This document shows, in pieces, positions 38,926 through 50,886 of a stretch of 64,000 nt of DNA (position 1 is its first letter; each line of letters starts with the position of its first letter). Source of the DNA: Halocafeteria seosinensis (Eukaryota); NCBI GenBank assembly GCA_001687465.1, contig LVLI01000098.1, positions 62,001 through 126,000 of the forward strand, read 5' to 3'. Position numbers and translations under genes: made by a program. A model generated the notes under the pieces. The model was given only the letters and a program-made list of their open reading frames with translations, made no database searches and was not told the DNA's origin.

Positions 38926-40085
38926 ATGAGCGACGACGCCCCGTGGGCCAAAACGGGTTCCAGCCCCTCGACTTCCGAAGGAGGGAAGAAGAAAAAAAAC
39001 AGTAAGAAGTCTGTGTCCTTCTCGGCCCATGACCAGAGCCCCGAAGCGGAGGGAGGGGAGAATGCTTTCGACGATTTGGAGCGCGGGGACAGTTCGGAAC
39101 CCCTCCATGACTCGAAACAGAAAGGGAAGAAGGGACAGGAGGAACAACCGCGAAAACACAGCTCTGTCCACACCATCCGAAAACTCAGAGGCACGCAGAG
39201 ATTCAATTGTGGAACCTTCAATTACGTTGTTCGAGCGTTCGCCATGCTCGCCGGAGGTGGCATGATGGCTTTGGCAGGATACACTTACACATTAGTCGCC
39301 GACCTGGTACGTATGAAGCTATAACTGTATTCGGCCTGACACGCTGTCAAAACCTTGTCTTGTCCCTCCTTGCAGTGGGCGTTCACACCGGAGTCCACTA
39401 AAATTGAAGTAATCGATTTGAAATATAAGGAGTTCGCCCTATACATGGGTATGTATATTGTACTCTGCGCGTGGTGCTAGATGAAGGTACCTTTCTTTGC
39501 AAATACAGGAGCGATGACTACCTACTACTTGGTCTTCGGCTTCTTAATGTTCATGGCCGAAATCCGGGTTCGAGCTTTAAAGAAGACTGTTTTGAAACCT
39601 TTCGGGTTCTTACATACACTGTAAGGCTTAATTTCGATAGAAAGGCTCCCGTGGGTGGCGTATATGTGTAGATATATGCGGGTTTAAGCGCAGGGTCGGA
39701 CGAGGGATTTTCTACATTGTGATTGGGTTTGCACTCATCGCAATTCAGCAGCTGGCAACGCTATTGATCGGGGGTTTAACTTGTGCTTGCGGTTTATGCG
39801 AAATAACGCTTAGTGTTCTTGTCAAAGTATGTTGTCTTGCGCATACTGTACCGTCGATGTGTACTATACAGTTCCCTGACTCTGCAGAAACAACGCATCG
39901 TCATCGAGAATCCCTTGAGTGAAGTCGGAGAAGAGCTAGACGGTTATGAAGAAGAGGAAAGCAACCGGCGAAAGAGTCAAGAGGATATGCGGCGAAAAGA
40001 CAGTAGTTCTCCAGGTTGGAAGCCTTCCATCCATGAGAGTCCTTTGCGAAGCAATGATAAAGAAGGCAATCCCTTTGGAAAGTGA
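38926..40085 (+). CDS. COPI-associated Golgi membrane protein (TVP15 family)
   Basis: Spliced product contains YYLVFGFLMFMAEIR...PFGFLHTL/GRGIFYIVIG, the TVP15/COPI_assoc signature. About five introns. Confidence 0.8.
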
Positions 40086-40207
40086 TGTATTGGAAAGATA
40101 TTGTCTCCATCTTATCGCTATGTTTAATCCACTACACATCCCTCAAAATAAACAATATTACTGGTGGATTCTGTATCCCGGTTGACGTTCTACAATTACT
40201 CGTAACA

Positions 40208-41519
40208 TTAACGTTTACCCCAGGCAGCTTTCTTGAACCGGTTGAGCACCATTTCATCTGTTGATTTGCTGGCACGAGCATGTTGACGTTCGCTTTGCTG
40301 CTGTGATGGTTCATGATGTTGCTGTTTCGTATTTTCAGATTTGGGATAGTTATTTTCTGCGTTAAGTTTCTCAGCATATTCTTTCCGGTGTTGCTTGTAG
40401 TTTGCCGTCACACTACCTCCCACGTTGGCGAGCGAGGATAACACGTTCTGTTGCTCTTGTTGCTGTTTCATACGGCGGATATATTCTCGTTTAGCTTGCT
40501 CGGTTTCCTGTACGGCAGTTGAGTGAAACACAACCTGATTTGAGGCAACCAAAATCGAATCTGCCAACCGTGTTAACTCACCTCGACATTCTTCCGTTTT
40601 ACTTCCTCCGGCAACTCTACTTCCGCTAAACCCGTGTTGAGGAAAAGCGGTGCACCTTCACCACTTTCTTCCGCGTTAGCTGCAAGCAAAGCAGGTAGAA
40701 CGAAGTAGGTTATTTGCTCTTTGAAGAACTGACGAGTTGAAAGTACATACATGAAGATTTGTTTGGGGGTTTTAAATGCTCTGGAAGCTCATATAGGTCT
40801 CCAACTTCTTCCTCCGCCGGATCTTTAGGTTTTTCCTGTGGCTGTTGTTCTTGCTCTTCTTCAGTGTCCTCTCCACGTTGTCGGCGATATTCTTTCATCC
40901 TCTCTTCGACATAGGCTTTCCTGTGTGCATCATAATAACAATGACCACTTACTTTTAAGAATTCCAAATTCTAATGCCCTTTAACTTACATGTGGGGATT
41001 ATTGTCGAGATCAGCTAATGTGGCCGACCCTAGGCCTGTAACATCACTCATGGTTTGTGCTGTGAATTGCCCTCCTAAAAATTTGCCAATAGCTTCCCGG
41101 CGCTTCTTTTTCGACTGCTTCATGTCCTGAAGCCCGTACTGGGGCATCTCTTTCTCCTCCTCTTCTTGCTTCTTTTTCCTCTCAGCTTCCTCCGTGTGTT
41201 CAGCCGGAGCTCCTGAGGCATTCTGGGAAGGCCCTTGTAGCAACGCATCGACCTCAATGCCTCGCTTCTTCTGTCGTTGTCTCTGTATTTGCTTAAGAGA
41301 ACTCAAATATTGCTCCGATTCCTTTTCTTCTTCTTCTTCCTCCTCATTCTCATCCTCTTCCACATCCTGTCCTGGGCGTCTACGATATCGTCGACGCGAT
41401 TTATTGTGCTTTACAGGCTTCTTTATGCTACTAGAAGCTGCTGAGGAGCTGGTGATGCCATTATTGTCCTCATTTGTGCCGAGATTGATAGGCGCTGCTG
41501 CCGCGTTCTCTTCCTCCAT
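40208..41519 (-). CDS. C9orf78/Tls1 (Hep59) splicing-associated protein
   Basis: RQKKRGI, YVEERMKE, LYELPEHL, GLAEVELPEEVKRKNVE(ETE)..AK and STDEMVLNRFKK motifs. Three introns. Confidence 0.88.
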
Positions 41520-41584
41520 TATCTCTACTTATATACTGTGTTCATTCTATTGAGGGCGTGGTACTATCATATACGCAGTTTATC

Positions 41585-42463
41585 ATGACAATTCTGCCCA
41601 GTTCACGACTGTATTATGGGGCGATTTTGCCCGATTTACAGCAATTAGGCGTCTCTGAGGATAACCCAGGCCTACGCGCTGTTTACGGTTTTAAGGCAAT
41701 GATGCCATTATATCCATTTATTGGAGTCTTCACCTTTATTGGGGTCCTCCAGGACAAGGAATTACGAGCGACGTTCAAGTCCGATGTGGACCTGATTCGA
41801 CATGGCATGAAACACGGCTTCCGACGATGGATTCCCATTGCCATAGGTTCAGCCGTATTCTATGGTTTAGAAGTGGCATGCCGTCCAGTTATTTACCGAG
41901 CACTCTCCGAGGAAGAAGGAGAATCGAGGAATTCCCGGAATCCTCCTCAAGTGCCACAGGGACGACAGAATACCATATTTGCGCAAGCCAAGAAAACTTT
42001 GGCTGATTTCACGGGTGTCCGACACGCTGGGTATACGACGGTAAGAGGAGGTGAAAATAGCGATGATAGCACGAGCTCAGAGACTGGTCGTCAAGCACAG
42101 AGCAAAAAGAAGTTTATGATCGTGGCGGGGAATCGAGATTTACCAGAATGGAGTCAAACAGAGGAAGAAGGCTTGGGAAACGACACCGAAACAAATAACG
42201 ACGAAGGCTTAACAAAGAGTAACCACAGGTCAACAGCTAGTACGGAGTCTATCGAGGAAAATGCAGCGGTCTCACCCTCGCACTACTATCCTCCAATTGT
42301 TGGAAGCCAAATGGTTGCAGGGTCTGTAGCGGCTCTGCTAGTATCGTTACCCAACATTCGCTCGCTAGGAGTGTTTCGTTTCTTGGCTTTGGGGGCACTT
42401 GGCATGTTCGCGGGTACTATGGTGCCTTCATATGAGTCCGCGATGGCCAATAAGAAATACTGA
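41585..42463 (+). CDS. Hypothetical membrane protein (Gly/Ala-rich TM segments separated by an acidic loop)
   Basis: Uninterrupted ~290-aa ORF, divergent from the C9orf78-like gene, with about four hydrophobic segments. Family uncertain. Confidence 0.55.
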   Translation: MTILPSSRLYYGAILPDLQQLGVSEDNPGLRAVYGFKAMMPLYPFIGVFTFIGVLQDKELRATFKSDVDLIRHGMKHGFRRWIPIAIGSAVFYGLEVACRPVIYRALSEEEGESRNSRNPPQVPQGRQNTIFAQAKKTLADFTGVRHAGYTTVRGGENSDDSTSSETGRQAQSKKKFMIVAGNRDLPEWSQTEEEGLGNDTETNNDEGLTKSNHRSTASTESIEENAAVSPSHYYPPIVGSQMVAGSVAALLVSLPNIRSLGVFRFLALGALGMFAGTMVPSYESAMANKKY

Positions 42464-43209
42464 ATGGGACGAGATGGTTCTCCACCACGACTGCAATTGG
42501 CCGGGGCCCGATAATCTCCCTCTCATTAGCCGTCAACGTTGATCTCCAAGACGCTTGCGTACAACACATGCAGCATGCATTGACTGACGGCATTATCCTC
42601 ATACCAAACCGATGATCGAGCATTTTATACGTCCGCTGCTTCAGCAAATATTGCTGAGCGAAGGACTCAGCAGCTATGCGAGCATCAGTAAACAGATTGA
42701 TCGATTCGGCTTCGGCATGAATCTGGAAGAAACAAAGGAGGTACGAAGAGGAAGATATATTCTGTATACCCCATGTACTTCAGTTCGGGAAGCAGTGGAA
42801 TTCCACTCAGGCTGTGACTGACAGCTGAAACTTGCCGATTGGAGTCACCTTAATCCATTCAACAATCCACCATTTAAGGTGTCTTCACCAATGTTCTTAC
42901 TACCATACTCGTACTTTCCATGTCCAAGAGACAACTAACCTTTTTGCGAATGTTTGCATTTGTAGGAACCAATTGGCGGCGGAAACTGTCTTGCTCAACT
43001 TCAACAACGTTTATTTGGCGTTAATAGAGTCCCCGGTTTACACAATATACCATTCTCTGTATTGAAGTGTTGTTACCGAGAGTAGACGCTTGTAGGAGCC
43101 TACTTACCACTGTTGCCAGAATTTGCGGCTGCTGTAACTGCATATTCCGAATCGGAGAAGGTCGTAATTGCACAATAGGATGCACTCCCGACGCCTAAGC
43201 TACTTAGCC

Positions 43210-46200
43210 ATGAGGCAATGCTCTCCTGTACGCAGTATAGCTGTATTTTTCTTAGGTATGGCAGTGTTGGCGGTAGCTGTTGGAGGCGCTGAGGACTGTG
43301 ATTATGAAAGTGGCCAGGTGACTTGCCAAACTTGTAAGTTCCAACCCTCCATTTTCACCATGCCAGGGCACATAGAGCATGCTTTCTAATGCTTTTCACC
43401 TTGCTGTATCCTTTCTTGTTTTCGTGTGCTTTGCAGGTAGAGATGGAGGTGCCGTGAATGTAAGTTTCATTTGTAGTCAGTGTTCAACTCCCACGCTGGC
43501 TTTCAACCTCAACCGGAACTCCTTTTGCAGACAATGAATGGTTTAGTTAGAGTGAATCGCGATTTCACCAAGGTAGATAGTGATTTAGGGGAGTATCGAT
43601 GGTTCTCTTGCCCCGGAGATCCAGGGTTCGGAGGATCAAAGGATGACACATGTGAATTCGACTATGAATTTGAAGGTACGGTTCTTGCGCAGGCGGTCCA
43701 CATGCACACTGAATCATTTTCGTCTTGATGCTATTGTTCAGCGTCTGCGGTCAGTGAGAGTCCTAGTGAGGAGAGCTCGCCAGACAACTACGTTCAATCT
43801 GTCACGCTTTACGTTGCCTTCCCCATCCTGTTGATAGTGTTATTGTACTTGACGGTGCTACTGATCATTTTCTTTCGGGTGTGCTGCCGATGCTGTATGA
43901 AAGGGGGAGCTTGCGGGAAAGCCGTGCCTACTTATCAAAGCAAGTGTATGGGATTTAAACGGTACGAAAAGCAAGATGGCAAGGTCGAATTTCGCTATTC
44001 GAAGCGCTCTGTTTGGACATGGCGAATTGTCATGCTGACATACGTTGCCATCGTGGGCACGTTCATTTATCTTGGAGAGTACAAGGGTAATAGGGAACTA
44101 GCAAATAGTGCATCATCCTTTGCATTAGCCCCAACGGTAAGAGGGACTTCTGGAGAAAATGTTGCCAGCGCTCATAACCCAATCTTGAATTAGGATGCAG
44201 ACTGGAGCGGAAACTGTGTATGGGCTATCCACGGGCACCATGACTTCCTTTGCAACCAATTTGGGAGGCGGAACGTTGGCTCCGGGATTGATCAATCTAA
44301 ATATCACCATCCAACGATACATGTCAATTGATGTAAGACAAGAGCCGTATATTGATTGCGTTCTCCCCGTTCACTGTTTTGTACGCTTCGCAGGGTCTAC
44401 GATCAAGCCTTGATTGCGTCATTGGAGGAATCGATGCAAACGAAAAATCAATCAATGATATGTTGGACGACGTTCGAGAGCTAAACCAAACTATTGAGCA
44501 AGCGAAGGCTGAAGCATTAGAGCTTTCAGAGTACGTTGCCGTTTGTCCTTCATATTGGACGGAAACGCTTGAGTATCTCCCTTTATATTTATGATGCAGT
44601 ACTGTCACAAGCTTGAACTCTACTTTCGGCGATATTAGAGGAGACCTTGGTATCCTTGAGGCTAACCTTACAGCTTTGAATCTTTCCATTATTGACCTTC
44701 GACCCCACATTGAGGAAGGAGAAGTTGTATGTTGAGTGTCGCCCATTTTTGAGTTAAGACTACGAAGTACAGCTCTGTCGGATGTATCTCCGCAGCTCCT
44801 TAATTTAACTGGCTCTCACCTGGACGACTTAACTACCGAAAGCAAGTTTGGCTTAGACCTTGACTCAACGAGCACCGCGCTTTCGTCTTTCGAGAGCAAT
44901 ATGCCATCTCAACCAAAATCTAACGAAGTTAGTGCCGCGCTTGAACAACTGCGAACAAACGAGACATGGGGTGTAAGTGTTTTGTACGAGGTGGTACTAC
45001 CAAAAAATCCCTCCCGAAATGCATCGTGACCGCAGAAGAACGAGGATGGTGCAGCGGAGCGGGAGCAACTGATTCTCGATCTCCAAACCCTCAACGACAG
45101 TTTCACTCAGGTGTCCAATCTGAGCAACCTAGCTGACCAGCTGGTATTTTTGGACGGAGTCTTCGGGAGTTTTATTGACGCGGATATATCTGATAGAACA
45201 AGTGACGTCTTTGAAAACATAGACAGCATTTTGGATTCCATGGCTGCGGCGACGGCTTTGAATGCAACAATAAACTCCTTGAGAGAGACCCTCGAGGTGG
45301 ACCTTCAGCAAAAACTGGATGAAGCGGACGCCGTCATTAAGGTACGGGTTCGTCGAAGGAACTATGGCTTCGTCAATTTACACTGATTATATCTCCACAG
45401 TCCTTCAACGCGACGCTGGCATCACTCGATTTGGAAACAACAGCCGAAACCCAGCTTGAACGGCTGAAGGAGGTATGGAAACGCTTCCTAGTCGCCAGGA
45501 AAGGAACAATAACCATTAGTACAATGAAACTGTTGCAGGTTAACGTCACTTTGACCTGCTTCGATGATTTCTACCAGCTGTTGCTTTCCGTAAATGAGTC
45601 GCTAGTTCGATTGCCTGATGAACTCGATGAAACTGGCGATATTCAAAACGACACAACTACGGCAATTAATGATGCGGAAAAGCAGATTAATGATTTGGCA
45701 GATGACCTGGATTCTATGCAAAAAGAAGCAGATACTGCGATGTCGACAATTACCAACACGACGGAAGACATCGACGAGCTACGGGAAAACACAACCGATG
45801 CATTGGATTACGAGGATTTGTATAATTCGCTCCAAGAATATGAGGACGCCGTTCAGGGCTTGGAATTGAACGAATTTCAGGGGAATTTGAGTGCCTTGAA
45901 CAGTAGCATGACACTGGCCAGGCAAGCTACGACCGAAACTTTCATAAGCAGTTTGAGAAGTTTACAAACTATCATAGAGGAAGCGGCTGCTAGTATATCG
46001 AGGACGGTGGACCACGTCAACTCGTTTGATAGTACCTTGCGGTGCAGTGATGAAGGTTCAACATGTTCTAACGATGGAGACTGTCCCGGGAGTGAAACAT
46101 GCGTTGGAGGCCGTAACGTATGTATCGGCAATACAACTCTATCGTGTTTAACTGACGAAGACTGTGGTGGTGCTGGCCCTTGTAGTCTTGATGGCGACCA

Positions 46201-48452
46201 ACTACGAGAAACAGAGGTATCCTTGAGTTCCTACGGGACAGAATCATTACCCACGGAAGAAGCAGAAGAAACTGGTAGTAGCTATAGCTTAGTTGAAAAC
46301 GATATCTCTGAACTGAGTGACATTGAGGACATGCGGCAAGATATTCGCGAACTAGAGTCAAGTCTGGACTCTATCCCGATTGAATCTTCCTTAAACGACA
46401 TCGACGATTTGCTCGAGGATCTAACCGCGGAAAACATAGGTCTCGACTCAATTATCGAGGACATTGATGACTTTCTGGAGGAAGTAAGTATCTCCCAAGT
46501 TTCTTGGAGCTTACATTCGTCTTAGTGTCTTAAGAAGCTGTGCAGGTGGAAGACACTGGTATCGATAAAGCCATTGAAGAAATCAACTCACTAGACGAAT
46601 CATTCCAAGAAATTGACGACTTTGAAGAAACGTTATTTGATGCCAAGGAGTCGCTGAAGGTAATGCTGTTAAAGGGACCCATATTAGCTTAATTTCTCTT
46701 CAGCTTCTTTGTCGGTTGCAGCTCTTGGACAACTATTTCGATAACACTCTTGTCGATGATACCGAACGCCTTGAAACTAATGCGCTTCTGGAGTTGGGCT
46801 TGGATCTGAGGCTTTTCGAAGCACTGTTACGAACGGCAAGGGTATTTGACAATTTGATCGATCTGGTCGAAGACATTGGTGACATTTGGAATTCATCCAT
46901 CAACTTAGATTTATCACTGCAAGAAGAAGTCGAAAGCATGAAGCAAGAGCTCCTTGGCTTGACTTCCTCCAGCGCCATCGACGCCGGTGGCTACCACTAC
47001 GCTTTCAACATTGCAGGAACTTCATCTCTGACAGACCGATCCTTGCGGGACTCGTCAAAATATGAAAAAGGAGATGGTGTGTATGTTGACAAAGAAGGCA
47101 AAAGTTATGACGATGAAATTTGCTTGCAGAATGACTGCATTACTACCACAATTGAGAACTTAAACAGTGAAGATGTTGGCGAAGCAAAAACGCATATAGG
47201 AAGTGAGGAAGAAGAAAGTTCCATGGGATTTTCCCGAGAACAGGCATTTGCATTATTGTATGCAATTCCTGCGTTAATAGCACTAATCGGGCTGTTGAGC
47301 TTAATTAGCTGCTGCCCCTCTAAGTGTTGCAAGTCCTGGACCAAGTGGCCAAGTTGTGTGCATATGTGTTGCATCACCGTCGCCATCCCTTTCATTCTGT
47401 TGCTTGTAGGCGGAATACTGTTTCCCTTTCTAATCGTTATCACCGACATTTGCCAGGGAGGAATCAACGTAGGCTATCAATATGTCTCTGGGAGTGCCCG
47501 AAATCTGTGCCAATCGTCTCTTGGAGGGACTTGGATGGAGAAATCGCCATATACATCCAGTGTTTGCCGGGTTGACATCACAGATAGCGAAAGCGTTGAT
47601 ATTCCTATCCTACAGATATACCAGACCGCTTTAGGTAGCTGTGAAGCGCATGGTAAGCAGATCAGGGATTAGTTTCGTACCATCCGTCCACGATGTCCTC
47701 CCTATCTTTACGACTTTGTGAAATGCAGACGATCCATTTAAAAAGGTTTATGCCGATCTTGGAGATAGCTTTGATCGCATTCCAGAGGATGAGCTGGAAG
47801 CAGCGGTTTTGGACAAAGATCCAGACGAAGTGGGAGCCATTCGAGAACCCTTAGCTGACGTTTTGCGTGACATCGCTCGAAACTCAAGTAAAGTATGTAG
47901 CGGGACCCCAGAATTCGAGTTGTATAACAAGGCTTCATTTATTTCTTCTAATGGGCTGCTCAGGTAATTACGGCAGCAGTCAGCGACTTGTCTGACGATC
48001 TTGGATGCCCTGAAATTAACAATATGATCGGAGCGTTTCGCGACAGTTTCTGCTGTGATATCGGAACCGCTCTATACTGGTGGATATCCAGTTGGTATAT
48101 CATTGCGCTGGCCATGTGCTTTTGTGGATGCCCAGCCAGTTTTTTCGGATACAAACGCTTCGCAAAGGAGTTGTGGGGATATTCATACCGCGATGCTACT
48201 AGAGGGCAGCATAGGAACGAGAGCACGAGGCGCGATATGGAAAGCTCGGAATCGAATGCTCTTGATACACCACGTGCGGACACCGAAGGAGGGTTTGCGG
48301 GGCATGGAGCTTTAGATCTTGATGCCCGAGGCAGAATACTTCCTGAGGAAGACTCATATGATTTCGGTAGCCCTCCAAAGGGGTCAGCTAACTCCAATAG
48401 TGGCCATAACGTTATTAGTATTGTGCCTAGCAAGGGAGCGCACAAAAAGTGA
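43210..48452 (+). CDS. Prominin/tweety-like 5-TM glycoprotein with very acidic extracellular helical region and Cys-rich insert
   Basis: Signal peptide; TM followed by CCRCC cluster and a second TM ending in GN; long D/E-rich helical loop with many NxS/T sites; TM-Cys cluster-TM ending in DIC; then C...FCC..LYWW TM. More than 12 short introns. Confidence 0.65.
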
Positions 48453-48595
48453 TACTAATTCAAATTAATAAAACAGAAATTGTCTTAATGTCATCTTCGC
48501 CAATATCCTGGTTTCGTACTCCGTAAATTGTTCAGGCGACTCACGTACCATGTTTACGGAAATTAGATAATTACCGTAACGCAATGGCGGCGCCA

Positions 48596-50115
48596 CTAGC
48601 TCTGTCGTTCGTTCCAGCTGCAAAGTCGGATATCAGCAAGTAGTGCTTTTGTCTTCTCCTTGATTCCCAAATACATTAATACAGCACTTGGTTCCTCGGA
48701 CTCATATATATGATGCTCACTCCAACGGATATGAATAAGATTGCAGGCCATTCGTAGAACATGGCAAAGCTCGTTGACGTCAGTATTCTTAGGGAGATAA
48801 TAGATGACTCGCCGACTCCATTGTAGTGCTCTTTCCAAGAGAACAGCTCCGTCTATTCCGTCAATATCAATGTCCGCGCGGACACTAAAGTGCTGGCGAA
48901 GAAAAACCATTCCATTGATTTGAACGCATACCCTCCCTACAGGGCACTCGATGGCTAATTACTAAGCAACTTACTTCCTTTCTAGTGTATTCAGGACCGC
49001 CCCACGGTGGGGCAAGGAACAGGGTTCCGGTTATGGGCTGATGCTCTCGGGCCCAACCAAAGAAGTCCCGATGACAGATTGTTATCTTGTCGCTAGCTTC
49101 ATATATCGACGCATTCCTCTCCATCATAGTGCATCTTGTTTCATCTATCTCGATTGCGGTAACACTATGTCCTGCGAGAGCAAACTGGATGGAATTGCCC
49201 CCAACCCCTGCAAACGCGTCAATCACCGGGCCCTTAGGACACCTGTACATTTTGACATACCAACCTCGGCGGGATCGTAATCAAAAATAATTAAGAACGG
49301 AAACACAAAATGGTTTCTTACCGACTGGCAATATATGCCGCTAATGCTTCTGGAGTCACGCTATACCATCCTTCGTTATCCATTTGAATGCCCCAGTTGA
49401 ACCGTGACCACAACGTGAACCGTTTGCTCCAGTACTTGCTGATATCATGCTCAGGACTCGCATTCCCAATATCATAATCAGTAGTATTCTCTTTTATATT
49501 GCTTGCGAAGACGTCGAAGTTACTAAACTGATAGTGCTTCTCTTTCCACAACGTTAATGGATCCGAAGCTGATTTCTCCCCCGCCTGCATTGACTCCAAG
49601 TATTTCTTCACATATGGTTTGAATTCCTCACTTAGGGGACGCATAAAGCATCGGGACACAGCCTTATCTCTCTGGTGTCCGACAAAGCACACTTGGAACC
49701 ACTTGTAGGAGCCCTGAAGTCCAGCTAAGGGAGGTGGACTAATCTCCTGGAGGATCCGAGCCGGATAGAACAGACCATCCTCGTCCATCACATCTGCAAA
49801 CATCCGAAAGCGTTCCCGTTCCAGCTGTTGTTTCCTCGCTTGCTGCTGGTACTGTTTCACTCCCTGTATTTCGTCATTGAACCATTGTAGTCCTGGTTTA
49901 TGGCGGTTGGGCTTATCAGCTCTAAATCCAGTGGGCAAGCCCAAGGCTTGCATCATCTCCAGTGTCTCTTGTTCGTCATTTTCTTCGCTAGTTCCAGTCC
50001 CTCCCCCTTCATCGCATGGCTGAGATCCCTCCTCTGCGTCTTCGCAAGTTCTTGTTCCACAATATCTGCTACAATCCACGTATACAGTCTCCTCGTCGTT
50101 TTCTTGAGCGCTCAT
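48596..50115 (-). CDS. TGS1: Trimethylguanosine synthase (snRNA cap hypermethylase)
   Basis: M..LGLPTGF, KYWSKRFTLWSRF..GIQMDNEGWYSVTPE, IDAFAGVGGNSIQFA and FLAPPWGGPEY motifs. Two introns. Confidence 0.95.
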
Positions 50116-50418
50116 GTCGGGGATTATTTCGATGACCCAGGTAGGTACCTAAAGGTAGATGCAACACGAGGAGACATAACAGACCGCCAATGAGATGCGA
50201 AGAGGGAGTCAATCAAACAAGGAGGAGCACGGTGGTAGTCTACGAACGCAAGAAAATCACTGGAACCTCTTGTTCGAGGTCGCCGGGTTTGTGAAGCAAG
50301 TAATGTGGCGCTGTCTATGCCTCTTGGACAACTCTGAAACGTTGATGGGGGTTTAACAGCTGACTATAGAATCGAACAGTTCATGCTTGGAATTGGTCAG
50401 AGCTCGGTAGACCCGGAA

Positions 50419-50595
50419 ATGAATCATTTCGCACGAGCTTCACAAATGGCACTGCGGACGGTGGCTGGGATGACCCCGCCGTTATTGGTTTATACAGGTA
50501 GATATCTACCAGGTATGGGGTGTAAATCGATGCTTTAACTGATTTGGATTTATATCAATGCAGCAATGGCTCACAAGAATAGTCGCATACCGTAA
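50419..50595 (+). CDS. Candidate spliced micro-protein (~36 aa)
   Basis: ATG at 50419, intron 50498(or 50513)-50563 (AG|gt...atgcag), stop at 50593-50595. Product is MNHFARASQMALRTVAGMTPPLLVYTAMAHKNSRIP. Confidence 0.35.
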
Positions 50596-50886
50596 CTAAT
50601 AAGACTGTCCATAAAGTAACCCCGGTACGCCAAGTTCGCCGTTGCCTCAGCCCGGGTTCAATGCTGCCGACGTCTCCAACTCAAGCCCGGTCTTCACTGC
50701 GGATTGTCATCTCAGCGGCATTGCCAGGCTTGGTTGCTTCTTCGGGCGAAGGGGTGGCTTGCTTGGGAAGTACCAAGCAACCAAATTGTCGGCCTCTGAT
50801 CTCACTCGCCTTCGGAACCAATTCCCCGTTGGTGAAAAACGGTCCACAAGGGAGCTGCCGAACACCTCTCCACGGAGGTGACGCCT

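Noticed and set aside
2571..50115. Cluster of RNA-processing genes (Sm-like, RBM17, C9orf78, TGS1)
   Set aside because: Spread over 48 kb among unrelated genes; compatible with chance.
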